From NCBI GenBank assembly GCA_965649765.1, contig OZ287753.1, positions 55,552,001 through 55,616,000 on the forward strand: 64,000 nucleotides of DNA, read 5' to 3'. A model generated the notes under the pieces. The model worked only from the letters and a program-made list of their open reading frames with translations. It did not search any database and was not told the DNA's origin. The stretch's first letter is position 1. Each line of letters starts with the position of its first letter. The stretch comes from Bispira polyomma. Lineage: Eukaryota. This document shows, piece after piece, positions 1-14,950 of the stretch. The position numbers and the translations under genes were made by a program.

Positions 1-734
1 CGAAAATATCTTACTATAACCTTTTTCGTACGACAAAAAAACATTTAAGGAAAAATATTTAGGATACTTCAACTGATTGATTTTTTTTTTTTTTATAAAC
101 ATCACAAAATTCTCATCACCCATTCTTTAAAAGTTACACAAAAGTATTACCCGAGGCTATTTTACATTGTGATTTTTATAACTAAAATACATATTTAAAG
201 GTAAAGTATCTTTGTTTATGAAAGGCAAAAACACAACATCAAGAGGAGAGTATATCATTAACGTCACTAGAATCCTCTGTGATAAAGATCAAAGTATTAT
301 CATCTATCTCTCACTGAGATGATTTTCTCAGAAAAAAAACCCTTAGATCTCTCTTGTTCTCCAATAGTCAAACTTTGCAGAAATTTCAACCCAGACGGAA
401 GCTCAAATTTAAAGTTCCTACATCTCTGGTCGTCAGAGTCAACTTTACTGAAAAAAATAATCTGACTACTTATTTGAAATCAGTGGTGAAAGCTCTATTA
501 AAATGAATGGTTACAAGTATAGGTTCTTTCCATATACAAGGACTTCCATTGGAGCCTGAGTCTTAGTTTGAGCCTTGTAGTTTCTTGTCAAGAATACAGT
601 CCCTGGTTATTAGGAAGTTACTTGGGCTTTGTTACTTCACAGATGCACCCCAGTCCTTCTAGTCGTTCAATTAGTTCTTATAACCTCATCAATACTCGCC
701 ATGGGTGTAATCAGCTGTGAGGGTGTACAAGCAC

Positions 735-1017
735 CTGTGTAGTGGATTGAGAGAGGAGTAATAGTGATGGAAGAGCCTCGTTTTCACACCATGAAGTATG
801 TGGCTTAGCAAGAGTCTACAAGCTCCTTCGTGGTGAAATAAGAGAGGAGAAATTAAAAAAGAATGGCACTTAGTGATGGAAGAGCCTCATTTTCACACCA
901 TGAAGTATGTGGCTTAGCAAGAGTCTACATGCTCCTGTGTAGTAAACTAAAAGAGCAGAATTATAAGAAGTGTGGGAATTAGTGACAGAAGAACCTCGTT
1001 TTGACACCAGGAAGTAT
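735..1017. repeat. ~107-bp tandem repeat, 3 diverged copies
   Basis: tagtgatggaagagcctc(g/a)ttttcacaccatgaagtatg recurs at ~762, ~871 and, more diverged, ~980. Confidence 0.85.
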
Positions 1018-1756
1018 GATTAAGTTCCTGCCCTTTTTTGTGGGGCAGCTGAGTTTATTGTTGTCGACCTCTCCTTCTGTGCCTGAATGCTTGTAATTAT
1101 GCTGTGCTGCAAATATATGTGGTGTCAGACTATAAACATGTTGATGCCTGAAGTGCTATTGGGAAAAGTGTATTGATAATGATGATAATCATGGTAACCA
1201 GCTGGTTTGTTGTATTATTGTTGTTTTTTATTTGGGCGTTGGAGGAAACTGACGTCATAAACCTGTTAATTATCAAATCGCTGTGACTTTTCAAGGTAGC
1301 AGATGTCTAAGGTGGCAATTCTCATAAAAGAAACAAAATTTTGCTTCTATTTGCAAATATTGTGTTTTATAATAAACTAATGTTTACATTAACTATTTTC
1401 AAACCTCAAGGTTTCCATCAAGACCAAAAAAACAGTGGCTTGTTATGTCTGCAAAGCCTTAAACAAATTAGCATATAAATATTATATAACAGAACTCAAT
1501 TAAAATTCAAAATACATTCACTTTAAAACAGTAAGTGTCTTGCAAGATGTTTATGTAGATCTAGAAATATTTAAAGTTTACATAATTTACCTCAGGGGAC
1601 CTGTGTTTTTTTGTTTTTTTTTTGTTCATGGACGGTATGGAATAATTAAAAAATACTTCAGCTCTAAATACATGTCTAAAAAAAATGTCACAGTGGGTAA
1701 TATTATATTTTGATCTACCCAAGTGATTTACTTGTAGAAAACAAAATAAAACTTTA

Positions 1757-2098
1757 AAAAACCTGATAGCAAAGGATTTTTTTGTTTGAGTCATTTTGTT
1801 GTGACTTTTGCGGCATGACTGATTATTAGCCCCTGACCACCCCCAACCCACTCCTACTCCTCAACCTAACGTCCAGGGGTGATATTAATGTGTAACTGAT
1901 CATCAGTATAGAAATTGTAACCAAATTAAAACCATTTTTAATTGAAAACCTGATAGCAAAGGATAAGTACATATTTTTTATAGTCATTTTGTTTTGACGT
2001 TAGAGTCCTTTCTCATTATCACCTCTCACCAACCCCTAACCCATTCCCTACCCCGGGGTGATATTAATGTGTAACTGATCATCAGTATAGAAATTGTG
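1757..2098. repeat. Local direct duplication (~160-190 bp, 2 copies)
   Basis: aaaacctgatagcaaaggat...ggggtgatattaatgtgtaactgatcatcagtatagaaattgt at ~1757-1918 and ~1944-2097. Confidence 0.85.
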
Positions 2099-2494
2099 AC
2101 TGTTACAAAGAGTTTTTGTAACTCCAAAATGAGACCATTTGTTGATTAAAAATTGTCACTCGAAGAAGGATCATGTCAAAACCTAGACGAAGAATGAAAT
2201 TCTAGCCTGATATGTGGATATAATATTAGAATGTCTACTGCGTGACCTGATAAATATAATAAGGGGATTTAACCAAACAAAATGTCAAAGTTTGAATAAA
2301 ATTGCAATATCAAAATTTTATGTCAATGTAATAGTAGTATATAAATGATAATAGTAAAACAATTTAGATAAAAGTTGTATATAAATAATAGTGATAACAT
2401 ATTATATCTAAAATATTAACAGTAATAGTAGTCAAAAATAATTAACTTAAGATTTTATAATAATTAAGTTGTGGGAAACACTATTACATTTGTT

Positions 2495-2762
2495 TACCTA
2501 AAAAGTCAAGGAGGCTGTTCCATGTTTCCGATGATTGTTTAGGCTTTTTGTTTGATTATTTATCACCAGGATTATTTACATGAAAACTTAGGAACTGATT
2601 TGAATTAAATTTAATGCAAGGATATGTGACATAAGCCTAGTGAGAATCCATTAATTTGTGGCAGAGATTGTGTTGAAGGGCAATTCTTTTAGGAATTTTA
2701 AAATAATTTTTTTGCACTGTGGCATCTTAGGAGGTATGTACTCTACAGAGTACTTTTTTAGT
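2495..2762 (+). mobile_element. Degenerate Helentron-associated non-autonomous element (HINE/DINE-like); related copy at ~37390-37640
   Basis: Layout caaggaggctgtt...gtttgatt...actgatttgaattaaatt...ccattaatttgtggcagag...ggaggtatgtactctacagagtac..tagt resembles this family by eye. Confidence 0.45.
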
Positions 2763-4184
2763 CATGATTATTGTTTGTCATTTTTTATACATGATTGGAT
2801 TGGTATGTTTTCTTTCAAGGCGGCTTCAGATGAGCATTTTTAAGGTGCAAGGTGGTTTGAAAACATTGATATCACACAGATTATGAAGCCTCAAATATTG
2901 ATACATGCCATAGGACATACACAGGAAAGAGTCTCAGAGAGCACTGAACTACATTGATAACAGTAACACAACCCACAGATTAGACATTTTATTCCAAAAA
3001 TACCCTTTTCGAACTTGTGTTATGTAACTTTACCAAGATTTGGGAGCTAACAGAAACAAGAATAGCCTTAAGAAAGGCAAGTCAAAGCAAGGTGAATGCA
3101 ACTTTATCTAAGTCTATATACACTAACATCTTTGTGAGTCTATTCCGGTTCCAAAGGATACTTTGAGGTTTAGTAGTAACCTTTTTGCCTTGTGATTTGA
3201 CCTACTTTATAATTATGTCAGCTATGACGTGTTATGAGACACAAGAATCCTAAAAGTAAACTTCTATTAGTCCACCTATAAAAAAAAGTATATTAACCAT
3301 AAATATGGGACAAATATAAAGTTAAGCACGATAAAAAAGATATATGTTTTAATGAATATTAGCAATAAATCGACACCCCTACCTGGTTCATCTTAGACCC
3401 ATCTTTCAACATGATGTCCCCCGGCTAACGATCACGTTAGAAGGTCTTTGACCTAAAAATATGTAATTAGGTGTGTGGATGTGAGAGGGTAGTATGGACA
3501 TCAAGTTATCTAATTAAGTTGTATAGGTTATTTTACACTGTATATTTGAATGTATATATAAAATATATTATTGTAAGAGAAGTATATAAACAATGCAAGA
3601 GCATGGTGCTTGTAGAACTTGTGAATCAATAATCCCTAAAACAATCAGGTATCTTGTTATAACTATCTGCTAAATCTGCTAATTTTGGCTGTATCACTAA
3701 AGGTCACATTACCAAGGCCATATCATACTTTAGGGAAATGTCTGAGAAAAACTTACTATGCATGTGACTGATGCATTCCAGTTTGTCGGTACAATTTCAA
3801 CTAATTAACGATTAAAAAACCACTGCTGAAAAATCATGGCTTGTATTGGTACAAAAAAATGAAATCCTATTGATTCAACAAGACAGCAGTGATGTATGAT
3901 GTTAATTTTAGGGGAGAAAGACTGTCCAAAAATGATGATTGATAACCCAAATCTAGGGCTGTTAATCCGGTAAAGATCTCAGTTGTCAATGCTGAGGTCC
4001 TGTGGGACGAGTAGATTTGTTCCTGTGTCGGTTTTGTCCACCATGGAAAAACACAAAGAATAGCTTGTTTTTCAACATTAAAACTAGTGATTCCTAATTT
4101 AAGTTGACAGTGTTTTGAGTTATTTATAAAGTCAGTAAATATTGGCATTTTGCAGTAAAACATGTGGTATTTGCATCTATCTCA

Positions 4185-4392
4185 GCCTAGTCATTAGAAG
4201 CTCCTGCTTCAAAATAATTGGCCTCTCGCCAGTGTGGGTTTAAATCCTACTTGTTCCGGCATCTGGGAAAGTTTGCCAGGTACTTGCCATATGTCAGTGG
4301 TTTATAATTGTTCCAACACTGGTTTCTTCCACCATTAAATCTGGCCGTCATGATATGACTGAAGCTGTTGAAAGCGATGCGAAACCCAACTG
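4185..4392 (+). mobile_element. Old tRNA-derived SINE (Meta-SINE-like core)
   Basis: Decayed tRNA head, core gggaaagtttgccaggtacttgcc...gtggttt...ttccaccattaaatctggccgtcatgatatgac, tail gttgaaagcgatgcgaaaccc. Confidence 0.7.
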
Positions 4393-6145
4393 AATTCCAC
4401 TCGTATTAAGAACCCTCAATATCTGTTATTACCGGGAGTTTGATAAAAGAAAAAAATTCTTCTTAGTTTGTCAGCTGATGTATATAAAAACTGACAATGA
4501 TATTTCTGACAAGCTGATCAACTTATTAACCAGTAGGCTCTGGGAATCACATGTCTACCTTATATGTAGTGGTGACTAGATATAAAGCAGATAGAAAACG
4601 AAATGAATGCCATTAATAAACACATAAATACATGTAGAATAATGTAATTTTTTTTGCTATCATTTCCAAAATTTATATATCATTTGCATCCTTTTATCGC
4701 TCCAATAAGTCATAATTTCATTTAGTATGGCAAAGAAAAAAACAATACAAACAGAAATTGATACACATATATCTTTAAAAGGAAGCATTTGGCCGTTTTG
4801 TTTGCTCTTTAGTGCCTACATTTATCATTTACTTTTCCCCTCTGCTGGAGAATTATCCTTGTACCGATGATTTAATGACCACTTATGACAAGAGAAAACT
4901 CCCCAGTTGACTAGTTAAGTAATGGCTCAAGATTTAGAGTAAGAGAAACTGCTTCTCTGATCATTTCCCACATATCTAAGTTATAAGTCTTCAAATTTAA
5001 GTATCTCCTGATAACAAAAACCCTTACAAAACACAAAAGCTCAGATATTTTCCATAAATGTTTTTAACTACAAATATGAGAATTTCTATATAAAAATCCA
5101 AATTGAACAAAATGTCTAGGTAGACTGTTTGAGTCTGTTACATGCTCTTGGTCTGTTGTTTATATTAGACACAAAAGAAAACACTTAGAGTTAAACAATA
5201 GATAGATAAGAAAAAACGCAAGCTGTGTGTTGAGGGTAAATAAATGGGCCCATAAAACATGAGCTGTAATAACGATAGCCCCTATACCCCCAACCCAAGA
5301 CATGGAAAAGACCTGCATGCGGATACTGAGTTTATTGTATATAGTAAATCTAAAACTATAATGTATATACATTTCCATATTGTTAAGCATGATTATATTC
5401 ACATTTACCACTGAGTTGACATTAACAACATGTCTATTAGTATTTGTACACATTTGTTGCATATTTAGGTTGACCTTAATCACAGGTCCATACTGTATCC
5501 ATTACTTCATTTTCTACTTCGGCGAGTGTTTTGGTTCTTTTGTGGGGTTTTAAGTGTTGGTAGATTTACATGACTAAAGTAAACCAATAAGATTGTTAAG
5601 GTAATTTAAGAACTTGTAGAAGAAGATGTATAGATAGTAAATAACTGCTGGATTTTGGCAAACTGATATATATGTATAATTTGTAAAAAAAAAAGTTAAC
5701 AGAGAAATTCAAGATTATGAAGATAATTCATTGTAAAAAAATGTATGTGTGAAAAACATAAAAGAAATTGGATCTTGATTAGGTTGTGTATAAAAAGACA
5801 TCTGTCTATGTAAAGTTCTCTAAAATAGACATACCAGTAAATTAAGTAACCCTTGCTCTGGCTGAACTTAATCAAGGATAGTTTTTAATCCAGTTTTACG
5901 CAGATTTTAGTTACGTTTGATGTGATAATATGGAGATGGTTAATCAAATAATCAATAACTTAGATGACACAAATTTTAAATATACTTGAAAGAAGCAAGA
6001 AGCTAGCAAAATAATCATATAGGCTTATGAACAAAGACGTGGTTACCTCTGATGGTTTGAGAACATGAAACTTAGCAATTCGTATAGCTGTAAGTTTTAG
6101 ATATGCTGTTAAGTGCCAATCTCTCCCCCCTCTCTCTCTTTCTTA

Positions 6146-6575
6146 NNNNNNNNNNNNNNNNNNNNNNNNNNNNNNNNNNNNNNNNNNNNNNNNNNNNNNN
6201 NNNNNNNNNNNNNNNNNNNNNNNNNNNNNNNNNNNNNNNNNNNNNNNNNNNNNNNNNNNNNNNNNNNNNNNNNNNNNNNNNNNNNNNNNNNNNNNNNNNN
6301 NNNNNNNNNNNNNNNNNNNNNNNNNNNNNNNNNNNNNNNNNNNNNNNNNNNNNNNNNNNNNNNNNNNNNNNNNNNNNNNNNNNNNNNNNNNNNNNNNNNN
6401 NNNNNNNNNNNNNNNNNNNNNNNNNNNNNNNNNNNNNNNNNNNNNNNNNNNNNNNNNNNNNNNNNNNNNNNNNNNNNNNNNNNNNNNNNNNNNNNNNNNN
6501 NNNNNNNNNNNNNNNNNNNNNNNNNNNNNNNNNNNNNNNNNNNNNNNNNNNNNNNNNNNNNNNNNNNNNNNNNNN
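6146..6575. other. Assembly gap (430 N)
   Basis: Run of n. Confidence 1.
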
Positions 6576-6667
6576 GTCGTGGGGGTTACTCTTAAAACCG
6601 ACTATTATTTCTAGATTTGAATATATGGCTTCTGTATTCTATTACCATGTTCCACGTTCTCTTGCAT

Positions 6668-6865
6668 TTGATTTGGTTTGGGTTTAACGTCGCTTTCAAC
6701 ACATTGTATAGGTCATATCACGACAGGCAGTTTGAGAGCTGGAGGAACCCAGTGTATAAATTTGTTGGTCAAGATTCTACACTGAAAACCAGCGACAATC
6801 GGCAAGTAACTGCAAACTTTTCCACTTAAAGGCTACAGTCGAGATTCGAATTGGGACCTCAGATG
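6668..6865 (-). mobile_element. Old SINE copy, minus strand
   Basis: gggtttaacgtcgctttcaac is the reverse complement of the SINE tail, followed by the reverse-complemented core. Confidence 0.7.
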
Positions 6866-9198
6866 TTCACAGACAACCAGGTGTTTAGTTAATTAAATGA
6901 ACCATAGGTACTACTATAATAATGAACTTAGCATACAGAAGAAACAAAAAAGAATAAAATATTCGAAAGTATGTGAATGAAACAAAGCAGTTTTGAAATT
7001 TGGAGATTTCAAAATCCAGTCATTTAACTCCAAACTGGTTGCCATAGTAACATATCTACCATATACTGGTAGAAATTGTATAAAGCGTAGGGTTGCTATT
7101 CATTGTTCATTTTAGATCATGTAACAAAACAAAACACCAGTCTTTTATATAATCATTTACCAATGTGGCCTCGTGGGCAAACCACTCACTCAGGAACACA
7201 AGGGACCTGGATTTGATCCCATTGTGGGGTCACCAGGTACAGGCAGATTCATAGTAGTTCCAAATAACACCTAAAATAGCAGTCAGTGCATATTCTGCCC
7301 AGTGGTAGGCTAAATAAGAAAATTAAGGCTGTTGATAAATGGTCATCCGCTGGCAAAACTCTGTTTTAGCAATCTGTGCTATACCAATTAAAGCTTCAAT
7401 TCAACACTATGTGCCCTTGTGTGACTTGGGTTTGGCTTGGTCAGTGTAAAACTCTCCTGGTCTTGTAACTGATTGACAACAAGCAAACATATCGTCTCGT
7501 CTCACTGTTACAGGGTTGGAACATGGAGTAAACCAATGATACCCAGCATTAAATATGCAAACACAGAATACATTGGAGCTGAATTTACAGCTATCTATAG
7601 CTGTAATTTTTTGGGTCACATGCTTACACCATGCGACTAAGACTGATACGTCGTGAAGTCAAAACAGATACACAAAATCCAAAAGTTGATTAATTTGTCT
7701 TTTAATTATAATTAATAATTAATTATTATTTTTCTTTTTGGTAAATATACTTTTATCACTGGTATAATTTACTATCACGTATGTCTTTATCTGTAGCTCA
7801 ATAAGAGACATGCAATGTGTCACTATAACCTGGTCTGTACCTGTGTATGCTTAGAAACTTTATGCCTATTCTTATAACTTTCTTTTACTCGCACAAAATA
7901 TTTTCCTTCATTATTTAACTTGTAACAATGGTTCAGGTTGGCATTAATATAGACAGGATGTGCATTGATGCAAATGCAACTTACATATTCTATATTGTGG
8001 ATCCTGGTGTTTTTTTCTAGGATTCAGAGTATCTTAGTAATCTTTCTGGGAATGACAAAAACCTATGTAAACAAATGTATCACCTGTGCAGTGTTTACAG
8101 GATGGATTACTGGTAATTAATTACTATTGCCTTGGTATTTAGTTTTACCAGGATTTCCAGGATATACTCTTTTGAACTTTCTACAGGTGATATAGACATA
8201 AAGCAGTTAATAATCACCAATATCCCCTGGTTTGTGAGTCATTCATTACTTCCATAGAGTCAAAAACTGTACCAACAGAATAATATTGTTACTTATTGAA
8301 AAGAGGCAAAAGAGTTTAGATTGGTACACTGTTAACCACCAGCATGTTATGGTTAGTTAGTCATACTTTAATCCCACAGACGTAAAAATGTAAAAATTAA
8401 TACAACCAACCATTATTGGAAACAAAAATTTATGTATGTTTCAACATGCAGTATTTCAAAGTAATAAGCTAATCCCTGTGCCCTTCCTTTTTATTGTTAG
8501 TTTTAGTTGAGTTTTGTTGTGGTTTAACATCATTTTTAACATATTGTAAATCACAAGCCTGCAGCAAGTCTACTGCCAACTCCCTCACATGCATAGTGGT
8601 ATGGGATATCAACAACTATAGAAGTGGGAGAGAAAATGCTACAATTGTAACATCTGGGCTTTAGCATCTTTGACATTTAGCTTGTACAAATCTGCTTTCC
8701 TTTTTTTAGTGTGTTTAATTTGTGAAACAGAGCATTGTTGAACATACATCACCAGCACACTAATATTTGTGTACAAAGTATAACCACTGTTCATTAGCTG
8801 AACTAACTACCTTCTTTATAATAGCTATATACTACAAAGGTTGTACTCAGAAAAGCAGAGAAAATTGATGCTTTAAACCTTGAAGACATTTACAGCTACT
8901 ACCACTACTGTATAGTTTAGTACACTCCTGGACCTTTGTATTCTCCGAAGAACGCAAGCAACGCAACCGAAGAACGCAACGCAACGCAAGTTGACTCAAC
9001 TTAAATAATGGCTATGTAGAAGTTCCTGTATATATAAGCTAAATTTGTGACCATTTATTTTAATAGAGTTTTTTGTGATGAATTCAAAAATTAGATTTAA
9101 CTTAACTTCACTTATGCCAGAGATATGGGGATTTCAGATTTAAGTCTGAATTCAGCTTGAGAATTTTGGAGAATATAGCTACTTAACTCAGATACAAC

Positions 9199-9445
9199 AG
9201 GGCTCATATTCTCAAATATATACTCAGCTCAAAGTCATACTTAACTCAATTCTGGATTCTCTATAACTTTAGATACAGTAAAGATATCTTAAATATGACC
9301 TCAAATTTCAATCCAGTGTTGTAAGCTCTATTAAAATGAATGGTCACAAGTATAGGCCATTTCTATGTACAAGTATTTCCACATAGCCAATATTTCAGTT
9401 AAGTATGAGTTTAAGCATGAGTGTATTTTAACAATAGCAGCTCAC
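9199..9445. mobile_element. AT-rich MITE-like dispersed repeat; other copies near 480-570, 9020-9170, 9800-9945, 14207-14385, 20300-20510, 32385-32590
   Basis: Shared core gctctattaaaatgaatgg(t)cacaagtatagg and imperfect inverted termini (gggctcatattctcaaa ... tttaacaatagcagctc). Confidence 0.55.
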
Positions 9446-9511
9446 TATTTATAATCAATCTTAAACTCATGCTTTAACTGAAATACTACATATATGTTTC
9501 CTTATTTATGG

Positions 9512-9768
9512 AATTTGAATTTGAATTGGGATATTTAACGTCCACTCTAGTACCTGTTTAGGTTATATTGGAACAGGTAGTTGGAAACGCTGGAGGAAAC
9601 ACTGCATACAGTTGATCAAGGTTCTGCACTGAAACCAGCGGCCCACAGTAAGGAACTACGACCTTTCCCACATAGGCATCAACAGGAGTCAAACTCACGC
9701 CGACCAGAGGTGAGAGACCAGTGATTGTGAAGCGCCATGCTTGCTAACCACTAGGCCTCCGCGGCCCC
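9512..9768 (-). mobile_element. Young tRNA-derived SINE with 12-bp TSD
   Basis: Reverse complement of the 58691 SINE; flanked by ccttatttatgg at 9500-9511 and 9769-9780. Confidence 0.92.
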
Positions 9769-10445
9769 CCTTATTTATGGGAATAAGCTATAGTATGTTA
9801 CCATTCTGTTTAATAGAGATTTCAGCGAGGAACTCAAATATATAGTCAGATTTCAAGTATTTTTTAATGTACACAACACTACAACAACTCCTATTTTAAA
9901 AGTATTGTGAGCTTAAGTTTGAGACGTTTGATAAATGCAAGGCCAGTGACCATAGCCAACTGACTTTACAGGTTATATGTATTTATCACAGTATTTACAC
10001 AGCTGTAAACAGTTTAAGTAACGTAGCTTTGAATGAGTTACAATAAGAAAAAAAAATAGGTAAAATAACAAAGTATTTGGTGTTATCTTAATTATAAACT
10101 TGCTTTTTTTAAATGGTTGTTTTAATTTGGTGTCATTTTAATTAGTCGTTTTACTACTTTACTTCCCCCCCAAAAAAGTGAGAAAAAATACCCGGGGCTT
10201 CCCTTATACTCGGATCTTATCCAAAAGTTAATGCAGCCTTTCTTAGCCTATTCCCTATAATTACATTCTGAACGGTTAAATTTACACTGCCTCAAAAATA
10301 TTTCTCTAGCTATACACTTGACTTATACAAATATTTTGTAAAACAAAAAGAAAATATTAAAAACAACTACATATGTAAATAGATGTCTTTCTAGCATTGT
10401 AACACATCCAATGTGAATCCCTCTATAATCACAATCTACTAATAG

Positions 10446-10672
10446 AAATTAACTCAATATAACAATAGTCATTTTAATTGGTCATCCAAACCACAATGCA
10501 CTATCCTTCCATAAGCACAGTCAGGCAATGGAAATTATCTCAATACTGCAATAATCATTTTAATTGGTCATCCAAGACACAATGCGTCTTTCTTCTGTAA
10601 GCCTAATCTAGCAATGGCAATTAACTCTCAATACTGCAATATTCATTATAATTGGTCATTCAAGCCACACTA
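10446..10672. repeat. ~85-bp tandem repeat, ~3 copies
   Basis: ctcaata..(a/g)caata.tcatt(t/a)taattggtcat(c/t)caa...aca(a/c)t repeated three times. Confidence 0.85.
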
Positions 10673-11574
10673 CACGTACCTGTACCTTGGCAGTCCTTGA
10701 CTGGGACTGAACCTAGTTCATCTCTGATCCTAAGTGGCTGAATTAATGATGCTGCACAAGCCTCAACTATGTTCTCGTTGTCAAAATGTTCCCTTTATTT
10801 GAGGCATTTTGGGAATTCAGGCCCTCAATCTAGGGTGTACAGGATAATAAAAGTGCATGGTCTTGTTGTTCCTATGGCTTCACATAAGTGTTATAGAGCT
10901 ATTGTCTATCTCAGTTAAAACCCTGAGCCTACCTTAGTGGAAATGACCTAAAATTTGTCATTTTAGCATAAAATTCATTATGGACATATAAATTATTTGG
11001 CAATATTGTTTTGATTGGCACCAGTCGTGATCTTAATCTTGGACCATCTCAGCGTGGTTGTTAGGTTAATAAAATAATAATATTCTATTGGTTTCTGACA
11101 TTGCTTTAATTATAAAGATTGCTATTAATTTTAGCTATAAATCTGTACATAAAAGGTTGCCTTACTTGTACGAATGAAGGAAGTTTGACATGTAGTTGTA
11201 CTTGCACAGACTTTGTCATATGAAATGAATATTAGACAATAATTTATTAAAAGACATTTGAACTTTTGTGGGTTTGCATCACTTTAAACATATTTGTGCA
11301 TATTGTGAAGACCAGATTTATTGTTACCTACGGTTCTTACTTTTCCACATAAAGCAGGCAATGGCATTCAATCCCACTGTCCCAGAGGTAAGAGGCTAGT
11401 GATGTATTAAGGCATGTGCTTCTGACAACTAGGCCACTTCAGCCTTGTCTGAAAATCCAGGGTCATAAACATGTATTCTTAACATCACAGTAAATATTAT
11501 ATCATAAAATGTTGGTTCAAAAACTTTGAGCAAAATGTCTGTTTTTCAACTATTTTATTCATCTTAAAGCTAGA

Positions 11575-11795
11575 GACTGCGCGGTCATAGTAATTAGAAG
11601 CGCCTGCTTCACAATCACTGGCTTCTCACCAATGAGGGTTTGAATCCTACTCAATCTTCATGTGGGAAAGTTTATCAGGTACTTGTCTTAAGTCAGTGGC
11701 TTACAATGATTCAGCACTGGGTTGTTTTTTTCCACCATTGAATCTGACCTTTGCCATATGACCTAAGCTATTAAAAGCAACGTAAAACCAAACTT
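11575..11795 (+). mobile_element. Old SINE copy
   Basis: tRNA-like head (gcggtcatagtaattag...gtttgaatcc), same core and tail as 4185-4392. Confidence 0.72.
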
Positions 11796-14700
11796 AAAGA
11801 TGAAATTATTGCAGTTTCCGTGTGTGTTGCTTACATTTAGCATTTACTGTTCCAGCAGTGGCAGAGACTATATTTGTGCTGTTGATTAAGTGACCACTTA
11901 TGACAGGGAAAAAAAGAACTCCAGCTGTGACAATGAAAGATTACTACTACTTAGTTCAGGCAACTACTATCCAGTTGTTTCTGCATCTCTAAGTTCCAAA
12001 CATTAGTGCAACATTATATATTGGTTGTACTAAACCTCTGCAAGAAAGGGAAAACATATTTACAACAAACCAATGCATCTAATATTCAGTTATTATCAGT
12101 AATGTGATAACAATATAAAAGGTTGTAGATATCCTACATTTTAAAGATATTAATTTAGTAGACATAAGGAAACTTTAAGAAAAAAAAACAGAAAGAACTC
12201 TTCTTGGAGAAGTAAGTAATTGGTTCATAAACCATACTGTGTAATAAATATATCAATTTTTCCTTTTTTTTCTTCTTCTTAGAGTGTCTGGTTTTGTCTG
12301 TCCTGATGCCTGCTGAAGATTTCATTGGATTAATATCACTGAAAAGTCTTAGGTAGTAATCTAAGTAGTTAATTTCTATGTTTGCTAAAAATAGCTTGAA
12401 ATGTGAAACCTATTGTTACTTCAGTCATATAATAGAAAGCATTATGTTCCAGTTTGTAAAAGGAATCACATGATATATTTGCAAAGGTTATGTGATGTTT
12501 GTGTGTATGGAAAAATAGTTCCAATGAAATGTAACACGATTTGAGATGTACTAGTCACTGATTGTCTTTAAAGTTAATTAAAGATAATTTATGGTTTGGT
12601 CTCACTGAACTTCTCACAAAATGTCAATTCTAATATTGTGTGAATTAGCATTATAAATCATGCCTGCTGTCATGCTGGAATACACACAGGGGGTACCAAG
12701 AAGACAGGTTGCACTTAATAAGCAGCATCACATCATGGAAGTCTATTATCTTTGAACTAAGTAAATGCTTACAGGCAGGGCATGTTTATAAATTCAATTT
12801 TTCTTACGAAACAAATTGTTTTTATTTTTTCTGAGAGATATTTTCAGTGGTTTTGTCAAGATAATAAGTTCTTTAATGCAGAATTAAGGTACAATTAAAA
12901 ATAATTTCTTAGATAAATAAGAAACTTATACATTGCATGGAATTTTTCCTCTATATCTTTTTGGTGGTAATATTAAACTCCTGTCAAATGAAACCTTAGT
13001 CAAATTTCAATTTCAAATGAGTCTCTATTTGGGGTCATAAAATTTTATAGGGTGAATTTATTAATTCAGTAAGATTCATTACTATAATCTATAGTACTTC
13101 AGGAAACTACTCGCATCCCCTCCCTCTACAGTAACTTAGGGTTCGAATCTCGTGGTACGCATGTAGAAAAGTTGGCAGTTGACTTGCTGAAAACTGCGGT
13201 TTGCAATGCAGAACTCCTTCCCTGTCCTACTGTACACTTATTTGGTAAACCTACAGAGATTATTGATAAACAATCTTGGACTGCTGGTAAATAACATATT
13301 TCTTGGTAACTTAGTAACCTTGGTAACTCATTCTGTAAGTAAAAGTGATCTTTCTCTGTGTGTTTGGTAACTTTACTTTCTTCACTTAGACTTCTGCAGC
13401 ATTGTGGACAACTTAATTTTAGCCAATCACCATGCTTGAGACAGTTTCACTAGCCAATCAAATATCTTGATACCACAAAATTAAGAATATGAATTTTTAA
13501 TACCAGCCCAGATCTTATGTACCATTTTATCGTGAGCTACGTATAGCATCTTGGGCCTATCTGACGTGTACAAGTTCGGTTGAGCAATTTCAAAGATATA
13601 TGGGTGACCTACAATTCGCATTGGTTGTACTCGATTCATAATTACACCACATGCAATTGACCTCTAACTAGACTACAACTCGGTCTTTGTGATACTTGTG
13701 CATTCTATTCAGGAACGTTAAAAAGGCAGATCATACAACATATACTCAACTTTACTTTGGAGAGTATAACCCGACCCTTCTGTGGGTGAACTATTGCAAA
13801 CCATTTAGTATGAACCTAAATACAGCCACAAGTCAATATAACCATGTAGGATTCTCACAAAACGTCTTTAGATTAGCTTGGGGATTACTATTAAGTCAAA
13901 CATAGGTAATATTATTAAGTCTTATTTTATTTAGGGCAAATTACTTAAGAGAGAAAACGAAACAGTAAAAATACTTTCCAGACCAGAGTCTAAAGACATT
14001 AGTTATTGTATCCATTTCTATCATTCTCAAGTAAACATAAATCAAGATGGCAGATATGGTATATGTTGTATCTTGAAGTTAAATACATCACTATGTCTAA
14101 TCAATTATCATCTGTCTACTTGGTCTATGTCTTTACTTTCTCTTGTTGTTTGTACTGTGTCCAGTATGGCATGGTTAAAGTCACTTAATTAGATAGGGGA
14201 ATCTTGGACTGTATTCTCTATAAAGCACAGACTGAAACTTAAACTCAAAACTCAGCTATAGGGTCCACCTATCTCTGACTAGAGTTAAGTTAAGTAAACT
14301 CTGGTGTAGGTTATATCTATAGTCAATCCTTCATTTAAGTTGAGTCTGGGTTGGGGCATGAGGATCTCTTTGAAAAATAGTGCCACTGTAATTTGTATTA
14401 TTTCGTTGAATCTAGTTATTTAAATTGACACTTTATTACCTTTATAATCATGGTCCTAATGTTAAACTTTGTTTTAAAAAAGTCAATGGCGGTATTTTCC
14501 CAAAAAATAAGGATCAACTCAAACTCATAATTAAAGTCTTCATTCTCTAAGGAAATGGAAGAAAAATATAATATGACTGCTTATTTGAATTCAGGACTAA
14601 AAGTCTAAAATGGCCACAAGAAAGATTATTTCCCTTTACAGAAGTTGCACACAGCATTCCCTCCAATTTCTTATATCACTTCAAATTCAGAAATCTAAAA

Positions 14701-14950
14701 TGAATTAACCAATGTACTATTTTAAAAGAAATTGGTAGTGTGTTTCACAGGGTACCAGCTTATTTCAACAAACACAAATTTATGGCAATTTCATTAAAGA
14801 AGATCAGTTCAGTACTATATTTTTGTTTTATCTAAGCAACTTCACATTGTGGTTACCTTACAGAATCCAGTGATAAAGGACGGATATCTTAGACACTGTA
14901 TATGTAATATATATACCTTATGTATCTGGGATAGGGCTCACACAATCTAA

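Noticed and set aside
6103-6687. 194-aa and 160-aa ORFs
   Set aside because: Artefacts of reading through the N gap
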